Part shown: piece by piece, positions 42,601 through 52,449 of the stretch
Position numbering within the stretch: the first letter of the stretch is position 1
Layout of the letters: every line of letters starts with the position of its first letter
IMG/VR virus record: IMGVR_UViG_3300023202_000135
Location: 26,693 to 90,692 of that record
Direction: 5' to 3' (one strand)
Source: a virus
Length of the DNA stretch: 64,000 nucleotides
Program-made: the position numbers and the translations under genes
The notes under the pieces: generated by a model
What the model was told of the DNA's origin: nothing
What the model saw: only the letters and a program-made list of their open reading frames with translations
Databases searched by the model: none

Positions 42601-45600
42601 GGATCGTTGAGCTTGAGGTTCGGCGTGGAGCCGCCGCCGAGGTTGCCCTTCTTCACCAGCTTCGACGCGTCGAGCTTGTGCAGGTAATCCTTCCGGCTCT
42701 GGTAGTCAAAGCCGACCTTCGGCGTGACGACGACAGGGCTGGGCTCCTCAAACGAGACCTCTGCCTCGCCGCCGACCGCGCCCGTCTTGACCTTTTTCTT
42801 CGGCGCGTCGACCGGGGCTTTGGCGGCCGGCTTCTTCTTCGCCTTCGCCTTGCTGCTGATGACCTTGAGCAGAGCAGTGTACTGCCCCTTCTTGAGCATG
42901 CCCGGCACGAAGGACTGCGCCATCACAGGAATCAGCGAGGACGGCGCGTAGGACGCCGCCTCCATCCCCGCGTCCTCGCAATACTGCTTGAACGTGATCG
43001 GGTTCATGCCGACCGAGTCGAGCGTCGACCCGTAGGCGATCTTCTTGATTCCCGCGTTGATGAGCGACTTGGGGTGTGTGTGGAACGCGTAGTGGGTACC
43101 GAATGACTCTTTGTCATCGGCGGCCTCAATAATGCCCCACTCCGTGTGCTCCTTCTGGCGCAGCACGTGGTACTTGCCGAGGGAGTCGACGAAGAGCGCG
43201 ATGTTGAGGTTGCGGTCCTGGCCCTTGTTCGGGCCCGAATCCTGCGCGCCCGTGATCGACAGGTACCCAATCAGCGTGGCGTTGATCGGCACGCTGATCT
43301 TGGTGCCGGGCGCGGGGTGGTTGTCGAGGAACAGGTAGCTGGCCGCGTACTTGAACTTCGCGAGGCCCTTGGACCCCGCAAAGCTCTTGATCTGGTCGAC
43401 GGCTTCGGGCGGGATTGGGAACTGGCTCTTATCGGCCAGCAGCGCCCACGTGTCTTCTTCCGTAGTGGCCTCGGCCGCCGCGATGGCCGTTGACATGCCC
43501 AGCGGCTTGAACGCCTCGGGGGGAGTCTCGACCGAGGCGTTCTCGGTGAGGATGAGGACATCGAAGTCGATCGCGACGGTAGCCTCTCCGGTCTCCTCGT
43601 CGATCTCCTCGAAGTCATTCTTGTTGCGGTATGCGAGGTAGAGGTTCTTCGATCCATCCGCCATCTCCGCGCGGATGTAACCCACGCACCAAGCGGTTAT
43701 CTCCTCGCCGCCTTCGACGGCCACGGTGAATCCGGCGCCCGGAGGCGGGTACTGTTCTTCGGGTCCCTGGTCGGGGTTGAGGACGGACTTGTTGCCGCCG
43801 AGGTCCTGGAGGTACGGCACCCACTTCCAGGATTCCCAATCGTCCTGGTCCCCCAGCACTTCCTCGAACCACGTGTCGACGCTGTCGCCGCTTTCATCGC
43901 CATCGGTGTAGGGGGCCTCCGTGTCGACGTCGTAGTCGACGACCGAGGCATCCTTGTTGGCCACCGCTTGCACGGAAAACGGAGCTTGCCCTTCGTCGAT
44001 GATCTTGACGCCCGGTACAGGGAACGGCGGCTTGAACTCCGGAACCTGGACCGACGCCAGCGCGGTGACGTCGCCTTCCTCAGACGGCACGTTGTCGATC
44101 GCCGTCTCCTTGTTCTTGAGCAGGGAGCTGAGCGCAGCGTCGATCGCCTTGACTTGCCAATCGTTACCCGACTTGCTGGTGAGCTTGCCGGGGTCCGCCT
44201 TGCTTTCGCGGATCACGACGCCGTCCGTGCCCTTGCCCGCCTTGGTCGGGTTTCCGCTGGTCACGCGAGCGATGAACATGCGGTGAACGGCCGCGTCACC
44301 CTCGAAGTCCCCGACGCTTCGCACCAGCTCGACGTTGAGCCCGAGGTGTTCCTTGGCCGCTCGCTGCGCTGCGTACTCGATGCTCTCCCCGTCGCGGATG
44401 CGAGCGGAAGGAAGGCGGAAGTGGTACCCGCCGTGGCCGGGCTGCGTCGGGTCCTTCGCCCCGGTCGGGCGGTACAGCACGTAGAAGAGGCCGTCCGTAG
44501 TGACGGACTTGCCGCCCATAGTGATCGCAGCGGTGCTGGGCATGTACGCGATCACACCCGCGCAGAGGTGCTTGCCCTTCGGGATCTTCTTGAACGGGGT
44601 CTGCTTGATCGGCTTGACGGAGATAGGCGCGAGGTCCGCATCGGGTCCGATGCTCCCGTCTGCGCTGCTGAACGCCGAGTCTGCTCCCTTGCCGAAGGTG
44701 ATCTCCGGGTTGTCGCCGTCCAAGTATGCGAGGCCCGTGGCGGTATGCAGCACGGGGGTGAGGAGGTCGAGCCACTCCCCGAGGTCCATGACCGTCATGC
44801 CGCCGGCCTCGGTCACCGCAACGGCCGACAGCTTCTCCTCGCCGTTCGGGTTCTTCCGGCGCACCCACGCGACGAGTTGGAGGAGCGCCTCGGTGTCCTC
44901 CTCGACCGCCTTGGCCCACGACCCGACCAGCACCTTCGAGACGCTAGGGGCGTTGACGAGGTACGACCCCATGTTGTGCAGGGCGCCCTCTTCCAGCTCC
45001 TTCTGGATCATGCCGATGTGCTCGTCCGGCACCATGTAGTTGAGACGAGGGAACGGGTACTCGCCCGCATGGCTGGCGCCGATGAGCACGAAGTCGGGCC
45101 ATGCAGGGGCGGTGATCCAGTCGCTATCCGCGCCGTCCTGCGAGACACCGACGAAGGCCTTGACCTTGTTGTTGACGAGCACGTAGGCCGCGACGTTCCA
45201 CACGAAGCCAAGCTCTTCATGCTTCACCGTGGATCCGACCGGGAACGGCTCGCTGCCATCGGTCGGCGCCAGTACCATGTCGCCGGCCAGGGCCATCTGC
45301 TCCGTGATGATCCCCCAATGGCCCGCCTCGATGCCGTAGTTAACGGCCTTGAGCTGGTCCACGAGCGGAATCTTCGGCGGCGTCTCGGAAGGGCCGAACC
45401 CTCCCGTATCATCCGCGAGGGCCACTTGCAGCGAGTCGATGTGCTCGGCCAGGACGAACCCCTCCCCTACCTTATCAGTCCGGTAGAAGAGGTAGACCGC
45501 GGCGCCGTGCATCGTGTTGGCGAATGCGATGATCTTGTTGGGCTTGCCCGCCCACTCGACGACGTCACCTACCTTATGATCCGCTCCGAGAGGCGTGTTG

Positions 45601-48398
45601 ATGGGGCCGGTCATGTCGTGGTTGGACAGGTACGAGGACAGTCCGGCCCAGGCTTCCTGCGGCACCACGTAGTTGGTTGCCGAGAATGGGTACCCGAGCG
45701 GGGTCTTGGGGAGCTTGGGCTGGCTGATGCCGGCGGGCGTCGCGTCGGCGTCGCCTTCGTCTCCTTCGTCGCCGGTGGCGGTCCCCTGCCCCACGGGTGT
45801 CACGACGTCACCGGAGGGGATCAGGGCGTCGACGGTCTCCTGGTCGAACTGGATCTCGCCTTGCTCTTCGATCTCACTCTCGATCGCATTCCACGCGGTG
45901 TTCGCGGCCTGCCACCAAAAGGGGCTCTTTTTCTTCGAGCCGCCGATCTGCTTCCGGACAATGGCCAAGAACTTCTTGCCGCCCTTGACGGCGTTGACGT
46001 AGGCGACGACGACGTGCTGCGTGCCCTTGTAGGTATAGATCGTTCCCAAGTCGAACGGGAAGCCATCGGCTTTGACGCCGGGCTTCATCGTGTCGCCTTC
46101 GCCCGCGTTGATGAGGAGGAACTTCGAGACCTCGGGGTCGACCCACTCCGGCGGCGGGTTCTTGATGAGGTCGATCGCGCGCTTGGTGCCCGACAGGTTC
46201 GTAGTGGGGTCGACGCCATTCTCGACGTGGCTTCCGTCCTCGGGCTCCGGAGGTTGCGCGGCGCCGGGGTTCTGCGCGGGCTGCGGGGCTTGTCCCGGAG
46301 GGGCCGCCTGGATGAGGCCGAACGTGGGCATCCCGCTGATGAACCCTGACGTGAGCGCCCACAGGCTGTTGTCCTTCTTGGACAAGTAGGTGGCGACCAC
46401 CGGCGTATTACCGAACGCCTGGGGCTTGTCGGCGTCCGGAACGTGCACCATCTTGAAGTGGGGTCCGTCCGCGATCATGGCCGGGAGCGCCCCGACGTTG
46501 TCGGGGCCGACCTTGCCGCCGATCTCCGCGTCCTTTACCTCCGCCTTCGGCATGTGCTTGGTCAGGAACGGCAGCCCGGGGTCGTCTTGCAGCACAAGAT
46601 CGTAGTAGCTGATCTGGTCACCCGTCACCATGTAGACGAGAATCGGGTTCCCGACCGGCGGCATGATGATCGTGCCCGGCTCGATGTCCGGCCCCGGGTC
46701 GCTGCCCGCGCCCATGACGTCAAGGACGCCCGTGTTGTTCGCGCTCTCCAGGCCTTGGGCACCGCCCGCAGGCATAGCAAAGGTCTTGCCGAAGGAGTCT
46801 CGGACAATGTAGAACAGCGTATCGCCGTTAACCCCGATGCCGGCGAGCACCTGGATCCACTCCTGCGTCATGTCCTGGTGGACCCACTTCGTGCTGGGAT
46901 CCGTGACGCCGTTCTCGACGCCGAGGTAGGTGTCCTTGAGCGCGATGAGCTGTCCCTGGTGAAACGTGGCCATCTGCTCGAAGAAGTCGATCTGGTTCTG
47001 CGGAATGCCCGCCTTCGCGGACATATCGTCCTTGGCCGTGCCGTGCGTGCCCTTCGGCGGCGTCGCGCCGGGGCCCTCAGCGCCGGGGTCTTTGGCGGGC
47101 GCAAACGTAGTGATCTTGACGTTGTCATCGTTCGGTTTCGTAGTGGGAGAGCCGGGCTCATTGGCGTTGGGCGGCGGTGCGGGCTTGTTCTGTGAGACCG
47201 ACTTGAGCTGGTCCTTGATGTTGCCGGTGGTGGTCGGCTGCGTGTCGAGGTGCGGGAACGCCTGGAGGAAGAGCGGGTAGATGTCACTGTTGGGGTCGAG
47301 CGCGTCCTTGATGGTTTCGAGGTCGCCCTTGATCGCTGAGTTCACGAGCGACTTGAAGATGGTCCCCTGCCACTTGTTCTTCGCGGCCCACTTTTGGAGC
47401 GTGAGCAAGAACGCTCTCGTCTGACTGGTAGTGATCTTCTGACCGAGGCGCATCTTCGACATGTGCGTGTAGAGCGCCTCGGGCAGCGTGGCGAAGTCGG
47501 TGGCGGCGGGGTCGACGTAATGCTTGCCGCCGGGGTGCAGGAATTGGGAGTAGACCTGGATGAGGTCGTTGTACTTCGGCGGGTGGATGTGCTGCGTCAG
47601 CTCCGGGACCGGCTTGTCGAACAGCGCCTTGAGCAGCTTGTTGTCGTGGAGGTGCACAGCGTAGTAGGCCACCACGATCGGCCACGCGGCCTTCGATGCC
47701 TGGGTCTTGGGCTTCTTGCCGTGGTCCAGCCAGAAGTGTTCGTCGAGCTGGCAGTTCGCCATCTCGTTGAGGTCTTCGCGCGCGTACTCGCTGACCTCGT
47801 CGTCGGACTCGCCCATGAGCCGAGCCGCCAGCACGAGCGGGTTGGCGGCCGTGTGGTACCGGCGGAAGATCGCGTTGCCCACAGCACCTGCGCTTTCACC
47901 GAAGGCCTTGCGGTAATCGAGCTGCGTGCCCGTGGCCTGGACGTAATCCTCGCAGAACCGAGCGGCCTTCTCGGGGGTGAGGCCGTACTCCCACCGCCAC
48001 GCGTCGAGCTGGAACGCGTTGTAGACCTCATCCGGCTCCGCGTTGAGTAGTGACGTAATGTCATCGGTCTCGTCGAGCAGGCCGGCGTCGATGGCCTCCG
48101 CGCGCACCGACTCAACCCACCGATGCGCGGCGTCGCCGCCGTGCAGCTTCCAGGACCGGAGGTACGCGTCGTCGGCGGTCGTGTGCAGGGCTTGCTCCGC
48201 CAGCTCCTTGTTGCGCTCGTTGATCGCGAAGAACCGGCCCATCTTGCGGATGTCGTCGAGGGTTGCGACGCCTTCCTTGAGAGCCTTCGCGATCGACACG
48301 CCGTGGACGTCGAGGAGCTTCTCGCCCTGCTCGTGCTCCTCCAGCGCCGCGGCTGCGGCTTCCTGGATGTTCTCCGGCACTTCGTAGGTCAGTCGCAT
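39621..48398 (-). CDS. Giant polyvalent protein (degenerate Nudix, PI3/4-kinase/HipA-like, possible ART-like C terminus)
   Basis: 2925 aa; AGV...LP...DGES...AA.R..KE..GL (Nudix-like); GGGST...FIAK...AE..AS...DHDGN..N...IDKG (kinase-like); SH...S.SQD..NGG.D.AFT...QIIFR. Confidence 0.85.
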   Translation of the reverse strand: MRLTYEVPENIQEAAAAALEEHEQGEKLLDVHGVSIAKALKEGVATLDDIRKMGRFFAINERNKELAEQALHTTADDAYLRSWKLHGGDAAHRWVESVRAEAIDAGLLDETDDITSLLNAEPDEVYNAFQLDAWRWEYGLTPEKAARFCEDYVQATGTQLDYRKAFGESAGAVGNAIFRRYHTAANPLVLAARLMGESDDEVSEYAREDLNEMANCQLDEHFWLDHGKKPKTQASKAAWPIVVAYYAVHLHDNKLLKALFDKPVPELTQHIHPPKYNDLIQVYSQFLHPGGKHYVDPAATDFATLPEALYTHMSKMRLGQKITTSQTRAFLLTLQKWAAKNKWQGTIFKSLVNSAIKGDLETIKDALDPNSDIYPLFLQAFPHLDTQPTTTGNIKDQLKSVSQNKPAPPPNANEPGSPTTKPNDDNVKITTFAPAKDPGAEGPGATPPKGTHGTAKDDMSAKAGIPQNQIDFFEQMATFHQGQLIALKDTYLGVENGVTDPSTKWVHQDMTQEWIQVLAGIGVNGDTLFYIVRDSFGKTFAMPAGGAQGLESANNTGVLDVMGAGSDPGPDIEPGTIIMPPVGNPILVYMVTGDQISYYDLVLQDDPGLPFLTKHMPKAEVKDAEIGGKVGPDNVGALPAMIADGPHFKMVHVPDADKPQAFGNTPVVATYLSKKDNSLWALTSGFISGMPTFGLIQAAPPGQAPQPAQNPGAAQPPEPEDGSHVENGVDPTTNLSGTKRAIDLIKNPPPEWVDPEVSKFLLINAGEGDTMKPGVKADGFPFDLGTIYTYKGTQHVVVAYVNAVKGGKKFLAIVRKQIGGSKKKSPFWWQAANTAWNAIESEIEEQGEIQFDQETVDALIPSGDVVTPVGQGTATGDEGDEGDADATPAGISQPKLPKTPLGYPFSATNYVVPQEAWAGLSSYLSNHDMTGPINTPLGADHKVGDVVEWAGKPNKIIAFANTMHGAAVYLFYRTDKVGEGFVLAEHIDSLQVALADDTGGFGPSETPPKIPLVDQLKAVNYGIEAGHWGIITEQMALAGDMVLAPTDGSEPFPVGSTVKHEELGFVWNVAAYVLVNNKVKAFVGVSQDGADSDWITAPAWPDFVLIGASHAGEYPFPRLNYMVPDEHIGMIQKELEEGALHNMGSYLVNAPSVSKVLVGSWAKAVEEDTEALLQLVAWVRRKNPNGEEKLSAVAVTEAGGMTVMDLGEWLDLLTPVLHTATGLAYLDGDNPEITFGKGADSAFSSADGSIGPDADLAPISVKPIKQTPFKKIPKGKHLCAGVIAYMPSTAAITMGGKSVTTDGLFYVLYRPTGAKDPTQPGHGGYHFRLPSARIRDGESIEYAAQRAAKEHLGLNVELVRSVGDFEGDAAVHRMFIARVTSGNPTKAGKGTDGVVIRESKADPGKLTSKSGNDWQVKAIDAALSSLLKNKETAIDNVPSEEGDVTALASVQVPEFKPPFPVPGVKIIDEGQAPFSVQAVANKDASVVDYDVDTEAPYTDGDESGDSVDTWFEEVLGDQDDWESWKWVPYLQDLGGNKSVLNPDQGPEEQYPPPGAGFTVAVEGGEEITAWCVGYIRAEMADGSKNLYLAYRNKNDFEEIDEETGEATVAIDFDVLILTENASVETPPEAFKPLGMSTAIAAAEATTEEDTWALLADKSQFPIPPEAVDQIKSFAGSKGLAKFKYAASYLFLDNHPAPGTKISVPINATLIGYLSITGAQDSGPNKGQDRNLNIALFVDSLGKYHVLRQKEHTEWGIIEAADDKESFGTHYAFHTHPKSLINAGIKKIAYGSTLDSVGMNPITFKQYCEDAGMEAASYAPSSLIPVMAQSFVPGMLKKGQYTALLKVISSKAKAKKKPAAKAPVDAPKKKVKTGAVGGEAEVSFEEPSPVVVTPKVGFDYQSRKDYLHKLDASKLVKKGNLGGGSTPNLKLNDPETGLNFIAKGLKGVDNGNTARLHAEEAASKLFGLVTSNTNPVRVVEFEGKKWALQPLWEGEQSPVPDDPTGLDNQNKVILLQQHALDMFTQDHDGNPSNWILVNGKLRPIDKGQSFRFFTTNKMAPKLDPKFTPSGVHGQAVTKTLLLAYAKDPSVIPDSAFVSMRRTIADIQSIPDVAIEGALQPLFDALDYKPKKRAEVIADVVAWRDNYFDAWTKALKKLNKLFAWPETVPVKSAPVQVLDASPEQFGMTEEEALDIKKAIDAKWAGRTVRVDKASIENQEVWVKHAKMKDDSDVTILTWKVTEYASVAAVEALNKITVNPMSVTKGGGIGTLQPIGVQPSTTDSHNGFADAITKAVKTVNFHLNKAIAGEENPPKFNQDTLTAVDVLTAVLTALQDEAEGKLGSGELYKVKAGKAGAPKDAPEAVFNMAGTYLQWISEIKSVAAGATEPKDDWKSYPKVNDGAIFSPFTFDYDAWLAQAQGEEVEEPLPQDLPNIEVDFSTSTPGPDAYVDDAGIMRIKLLEASTSQSLNHRGSFRIGEKQGGAKMFFSPVQVGGAKTWHGFCWAYVPGTPSPATVKRALALFEVASQIPMRPSTKKDREALFWSKQSAAYMNVKSRRTIAADPNKDTYDISVSGDLPEGVQASLPAGWNGAIDPDKYGVRHNGRVLVRGEHYEVEGTKILIKPSYQKKINAGDTLTVAEVAAANPSSAGSIVPTGGLQDALNTYMSSDPDQDVPDEVIEKMQAFLAQQLGVSVSKLQELTAGQIDGQLSAVDGEGGYRKHHFLGWTSEAYREAWRKINGGKEAMVSHSGNVDKMILGGVPMLAPTANRLPFYGVPPGGGAGSGSQSQDANNGGGDHAFTNAVHSITGGSGYLYFSIDAMLETDTKMCGTGDSFANLSSTRYNTPEVWLEMGKSMLRSQASIGSSHQIIFRHGIDLRRCLFIIPSMSVVQAREALKQRGITKFAFGRGLEDVVVTAATAKKKHAALKL

Positions 48399-48429
48399 CG
48401 CGAACAGTCTCCGTCAGGATCGTAGTCGA

Positions 48430-49275
48430 TCAGTCGTCCTGGGCCAGCTTTGCTCGGGGCCCCCGCTGGTATTCGTTGAGCAGGATAGCCCGCTCCTTCA
48501 CCAGACGCGGGGCGCGTGTCAGGTCGACCATCGTTCCCTGCGTGTGCTCCTGGATGAGGTCGTCGATCTGGTCATCGCTCATGTCCTGGAGTTCCTCCAG
48601 TCGATGATAGTAGGTGACCCGAACCGGCGGGGATCCGGTCTCGACGAACTTCTCAACGATCGTGCTGTAGGGCTCCGGCATGCCTTGCGGATTCTCGATG
48701 CGCGTGCCGCGCTCGACCAGAGGGGCGCGTGCCACGGGGGCGGGGTCCGGGGTGAGCGTCTCGACGTCGACGTAAGAATCGGTGTCCACGTCGACACGAT
48801 CATCGTCGTCCTCGAACAGCGGGGTGATGTTCCCGTCGTCGTCATCGTAGTGGTCGAGTCGGCTGTTGGCCTGGAGCGCGTGGTGCTCGCCCAAGTGCAC
48901 CCACGACGCGGCGATCTCGGTCGGCGTATAGCTGAGAGAGAGCGACCGTGCAGCGGCTTCGACGACTTCCTCGCCGTACTTCTCGGCCGCCTCCTGATAC
49001 TTCGCCTCGGTGTTCTCCCCCGGGCTCGTGCCCGACGCGCGCGCGCACGCGCATGCCGCGTCGAGGGCTTCGCTGACCTCGTAGATGAGCATGGCCCGGG
49101 CGAGGCGCTCGCGCGCAGGTTCGTTGAGGTTCTCGGGCAGCTCGCACGACTGGTTCGCGACGTCGTAGGCGAACCACTTGCCGTTGGGGCTGCGCTGCGG
49201 GAGGTAGCCGTCGATCTCGGGGTACGCGTAGTTGGCGTCGAGCGCGGCGAACGTGTGCGGGCACGTGAGGATCAT
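48430..49275 (-). CDS. Hypothetical protein
   Basis: 281 aa, acidic, ATGA-coupled to the upstream gene. Confidence 0.7.
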   Translation of the reverse strand: MILTCPHTFAALDANYAYPEIDGYLPQRSPNGKWFAYDVANQSCELPENLNEPARERLARAMLIYEVSEALDAACACARASGTSPGENTEAKYQEAAEKYGEEVVEAAARSLSLSYTPTEIAASWVHLGEHHALQANSRLDHYDDDDGNITPLFEDDDDRVDVDTDSYVDVETLTPDPAPVARAPLVERGTRIENPQGMPEPYSTIVEKFVETGSPPVRVTYYHRLEELQDMSDDQIDDLIQEHTQGTMVDLTRAPRLVKERAILLNEYQRGPRAKLAQDD

Positions 49276-49739
49276 GGGGCGGTCCTGTTCGTGAGCTTAC
49301 CGACAGCCTTGCCGAGGGCGGCCATCGGGTTACTGACTTGCGGTGCGCTATTCTTGAGGACCGGAGCTGCGTGCCAATCGGCATCCCCGCTCTCGGTCAA
49401 GTCGCCACTTCCAAAGGCCCCCTCGAACTCCTCGAAGCTCATCGTGACCTCTTCACCTTCGCTCACCTTCCGGCGATTCTCCCGTCCGCTGAGGCGCTTG
49501 GTGGCGCTGATGATCTCCTCCGCATCCTCGCTGATCTTCGGGACGCGCGGCTCGTGATGCTCGTCGATGTCCCCGGGCTCCGGGCGGGGCGGGGGCCTGC
49601 GTTTCGTAGTGGGCGCGGACTCGCTGACCTCGCGAGCCCCCACACGACCAAGGGCAGCGCCCATGCTGGCGATGCCTTGGCTGCCGGCGGCCTTCACGGG
49701 CGGTAGCTCGTGGTTCGGAGGCAACGGCGTATCTCCCAT
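49272..49739 (-). CDS. Hypothetical low-complexity protein
   Basis: 155 aa with an AGGAG RBS. Confidence 0.7.
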   Translation of the reverse strand: MGDTPLPPNHELPPVKAAGSQGIASMGAALGRVGAREVSESAPTTKRRPPPRPEPGDIDEHHEPRVPKISEDAEEIISATKRLSGRENRRKVSEGEEVTMSFEEFEGAFGSGDLTESGDADWHAAPVLKNSAPQVSNPMAALGKAVGKLTNRTAP

Positions 49740-49754
49740 GAGATTCTCCTACTG

Positions 49755-49790
49755 AAAAACCCCCCGCCCCGGTTGTGGGACGAGGGGCTT
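49755..49790 (-). terminator. Putative intrinsic terminator
   Basis: AAGCCCCTCGTCCC-ACAACC-GGGGCGGGGGGTTT followed by TT. Confidence 0.6.
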
Positions 49791-49816
49791 GTCTCTCCCT
49801 GCGCGGTGACGCTGCG

Positions 49817-52381
49817 TCAACGCTTGGCGGCGATGAGCATCCGGTCCTTGAGGAACACCAGCTCGGCCTCCTCCAAGCCGTCATGCTGCATGCGCGAGGT
49901 GGTGACCTTCTTGAAGCCCGCCTGCGCAGCGGACTCGCGGAGCACCTTCTCGTGCTTGTCGTCGTGGTACTTCACGCCGACGTCGCCGTTGCCGAACACC
50001 GTGGGCTTGAGTTCGGTCTCGTCGAGGAAGCTGCGCAGCGCGTCGTTCTCCTTCGCCACGCTCTCCATGAGGGCGGGGTTCCGGACATGGTGCTGCGTGC
50101 GCCCCAGCATGCCGGCGGCCATGGCCGGGCCCGAGTTCCGTTCGGACACCTGCCCCGTGTTGCCACGGCGCATGATGTGCGCGCCGCCGTGGGTTCCTTC
50201 CTTGAGCATGCCGCTGACGAGGCGCTGGCCTTCGTGCAGCGGGGCCTTGGGCTTGCCGTTCTGATCGGCGGACTCGGCCTTGAGGCCCTTCTTCTTGCCG
50301 ATCTTCTTCTTGCCCTTGGCCTTCTTCTTGGCGCCCGCGGCCTGCTTCTTCGCAGCGCCGGCCTTCTTCTTGGCGCCCGGCGAGGGCTTGCCCTTGGCCT
50401 GCTGCTTCTTCACGGCCTGCTTGGCGGCGGACTTGCCCTTGAGCTTCTTGCCCTTCGCCTTGCCGCCGGCAGCGGCCTTCTTCTTGCCGTGCTTCTTGGC
50501 TGCGGCCTTGCCGATGCCGCCCAGCGCTTGCTGCTGCTCCTTGGTGCGGCCAGTGGCCGCCATCCAGGCCTTGACGCCGGCCGGGGAGCCGGGTCCGGGG
50601 CCGCCCTTGCCGGACTTGTTCCCGAGCTTGCCCTTGAGCTTCTTGCCGCCCACCTTGCCGGTGGGTTTGGAGCCCGGGTCCGCGGTGTAGTCACCTCCCT
50701 TGTCGCCCTGCCCCTTGCCGGCCGCGCGGTTGATCGACCGCTTGACGAGCATCGCACCCAGCATGCGGTTGACCATGCCCTTCGCGCCGCCCTTGTGCAG
50801 CGCCTTGAAGGCCTTGCGCCCCCAGCGCCCGCCGAACGCGCGGGCATTGGCGACGGGGGCGGAGACAGCCTTGGCCTCGCTGATCGCCTTGGTGGCGATC
50901 TCGTCGATGTCGGCGTCCTCCATCTCGACGTCGGCGTCTTCGTGGATGCCCAGCTCGAAGCCGTCCTCCTCGACGGCCAGGGCGACGTGCTCGGGGTCGA
51001 TGCCGAGGGCTTCCGCGATGTCGGTTCGGGCCTTGTCGATGTCGACCTCGCCCTCCTCCATCTCGTCGTCGTAGTCGTCGTCCTTGTCCTTCTTGCTCTT
51101 GCTCTTGCTCTTGCTCTTGCCCTTGCCGCGCTCGTCGAGTTCCTCCTCGTCCATGCCGAAGAGGTGCTCGAAGGCCGCGAGGGTGGCCTTCTCCTGGAGG
51201 GTAGTGGCCTTGGCGCCCTCCGCGCCGAGCCACTGGCAGAACATCTCGACGATGTCGTCCTCATCGAGCGCCTCGGCCACGGCGTCGCCGTTGTAGCTGA
51301 CGGTCTCGTCGACGTTGGCCCCGTTGACGTAGGCGAAGTAGCCCTCGGCCACGCCCTCGGGGAGGGTCAGCTCGAACCAGTCCTCGGACTCGACCATCTT
51401 CTCGGCGGGCGAGTAGAAGTCGGGGTACCGAGCGCCGTTCGGGGTCGCCCTGCCGGTCTTCACCGGCTTGCCGTCGTTGCCCTTGGAGCCGGCCGGCGTC
51501 TTGGACGGGCGCTCCTTCTGGAGGTCGCCGCCGTAGCCCTTCTTCTCGTTCTCGGAGAGGTCGCGGGCGATGTCCTCGATCGCCTCGTCGCGCTCCTCCT
51601 CGTCGAGGGTGGTGACGTCGTAGTCGATGTCGTCCAGGCCGATCTCGGCCAAGTCGTCGAGCACGGTCTCCAGGAGGCTCTCCGGGACCAGGAGGGTGTC
51701 GTCGTGGCTCATCTCGCTCTCGTGGAGCGTGAACCACGCGTCCTCCTCGGACGAGCTGATGGTGCCGCCACGGCGCTTGCGGGCCATGGCCTGCCGGCGG
51801 CCGTACTTCCGCGTGTTCCGGCGGCGACGCATCTTGACCTTGGCCCGGTTCTTCCGGCGGCTGATGCGGCGCTTGCGGTTCTTGCGGCGCTCGTCGCTGG
51901 TCTGGATGCGCGCATTGCGCATGCGCTTCATGAGCTGGGTCTTCGACAGGGTCTTGCCCGCCTTGACCTCGTTGAGCATCTCGGGGTCATCACCCTCGTC
52001 GAGGTCGTCCTCGGTCAGCTCGGGGTCCTCTTCGATCGACTCGCGGATCGCCTCCACGAGGTCGCTATCGGTGAGGCAAGCGAGGGTCAGAAGGCCCAAG
52101 GTGCCCAGCGGCACGTCGCCGTAGGCCTCGCCGTCCTCGTCGATGAGCACGGCGTTGATGACGGGCTCGTGCTCGTACTCGATGTCCTCGGCCTCTTCGA
52201 GCCCCTCGTCGATCGCGGCGACGAGGGAACCGTAGTCGAGGCTCTCCAGGAAGCGCTCGACGGCGATCCCTTCGAGGGTGAACGAGCCGTCCTCGTTGTA
52301 GAGGATCTCGTCCGGCGCGACGGCCAGCGGCAGGCTGCCGGTGCCGTGGTCGGATTCGAGGAGGGGCGTGTCGTAAGGCAT
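49817..52381 (-). CDS. Prohead core-like protein with a gp68-like basic segment
   Basis: 854 aa; acidic blocks with L/I-x-E motifs; TSDERRKNRKRRISRRK...AMARKRRG segment; Lys/Ala/Gly-rich block. Confidence 0.75.
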   Translation of the reverse strand: MPYDTPLLESDHGTGSLPLAVAPDEILYNEDGSFTLEGIAVERFLESLDYGSLVAAIDEGLEEAEDIEYEHEPVINAVLIDEDGEAYGDVPLGTLGLLTLACLTDSDLVEAIRESIEEDPELTEDDLDEGDDPEMLNEVKAGKTLSKTQLMKRMRNARIQTSDERRKNRKRRISRRKNRAKVKMRRRRNTRKYGRRQAMARKRRGGTISSSEEDAWFTLHESEMSHDDTLLVPESLLETVLDDLAEIGLDDIDYDVTTLDEEERDEAIEDIARDLSENEKKGYGGDLQKERPSKTPAGSKGNDGKPVKTGRATPNGARYPDFYSPAEKMVESEDWFELTLPEGVAEGYFAYVNGANVDETVSYNGDAVAEALDEDDIVEMFCQWLGAEGAKATTLQEKATLAAFEHLFGMDEEELDERGKGKSKSKSKSKKDKDDDYDDEMEEGEVDIDKARTDIAEALGIDPEHVALAVEEDGFELGIHEDADVEMEDADIDEIATKAISEAKAVSAPVANARAFGGRWGRKAFKALHKGGAKGMVNRMLGAMLVKRSINRAAGKGQGDKGGDYTADPGSKPTGKVGGKKLKGKLGNKSGKGGPGPGSPAGVKAWMAATGRTKEQQQALGGIGKAAAKKHGKKKAAAGGKAKGKKLKGKSAAKQAVKKQQAKGKPSPGAKKKAGAAKKQAAGAKKKAKGKKKIGKKKGLKAESADQNGKPKAPLHEGQRLVSGMLKEGTHGGAHIMRRGNTGQVSERNSGPAMAAGMLGRTQHHVRNPALMESVAKENDALRSFLDETELKPTVFGNGDVGVKYHDDKHEKVLRESAAQAGFKKVTTSRMQHDGLEEAELVFLKDRMLIAAKR

Positions 52382-52449
52382 GAGGTGCTCCTTCTGGAGT
52401 CGGGGTCAGTTGGCGGCGCGTTTCTACACGCCGCGGAGGGGTGATGCCG

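Noticed and set aside
51090-51125. (CTTGCT)n microsatellite as a phase-variation site
   Set aside because: The hexamer unit preserves the frame and encodes a KS low-complexity linker.
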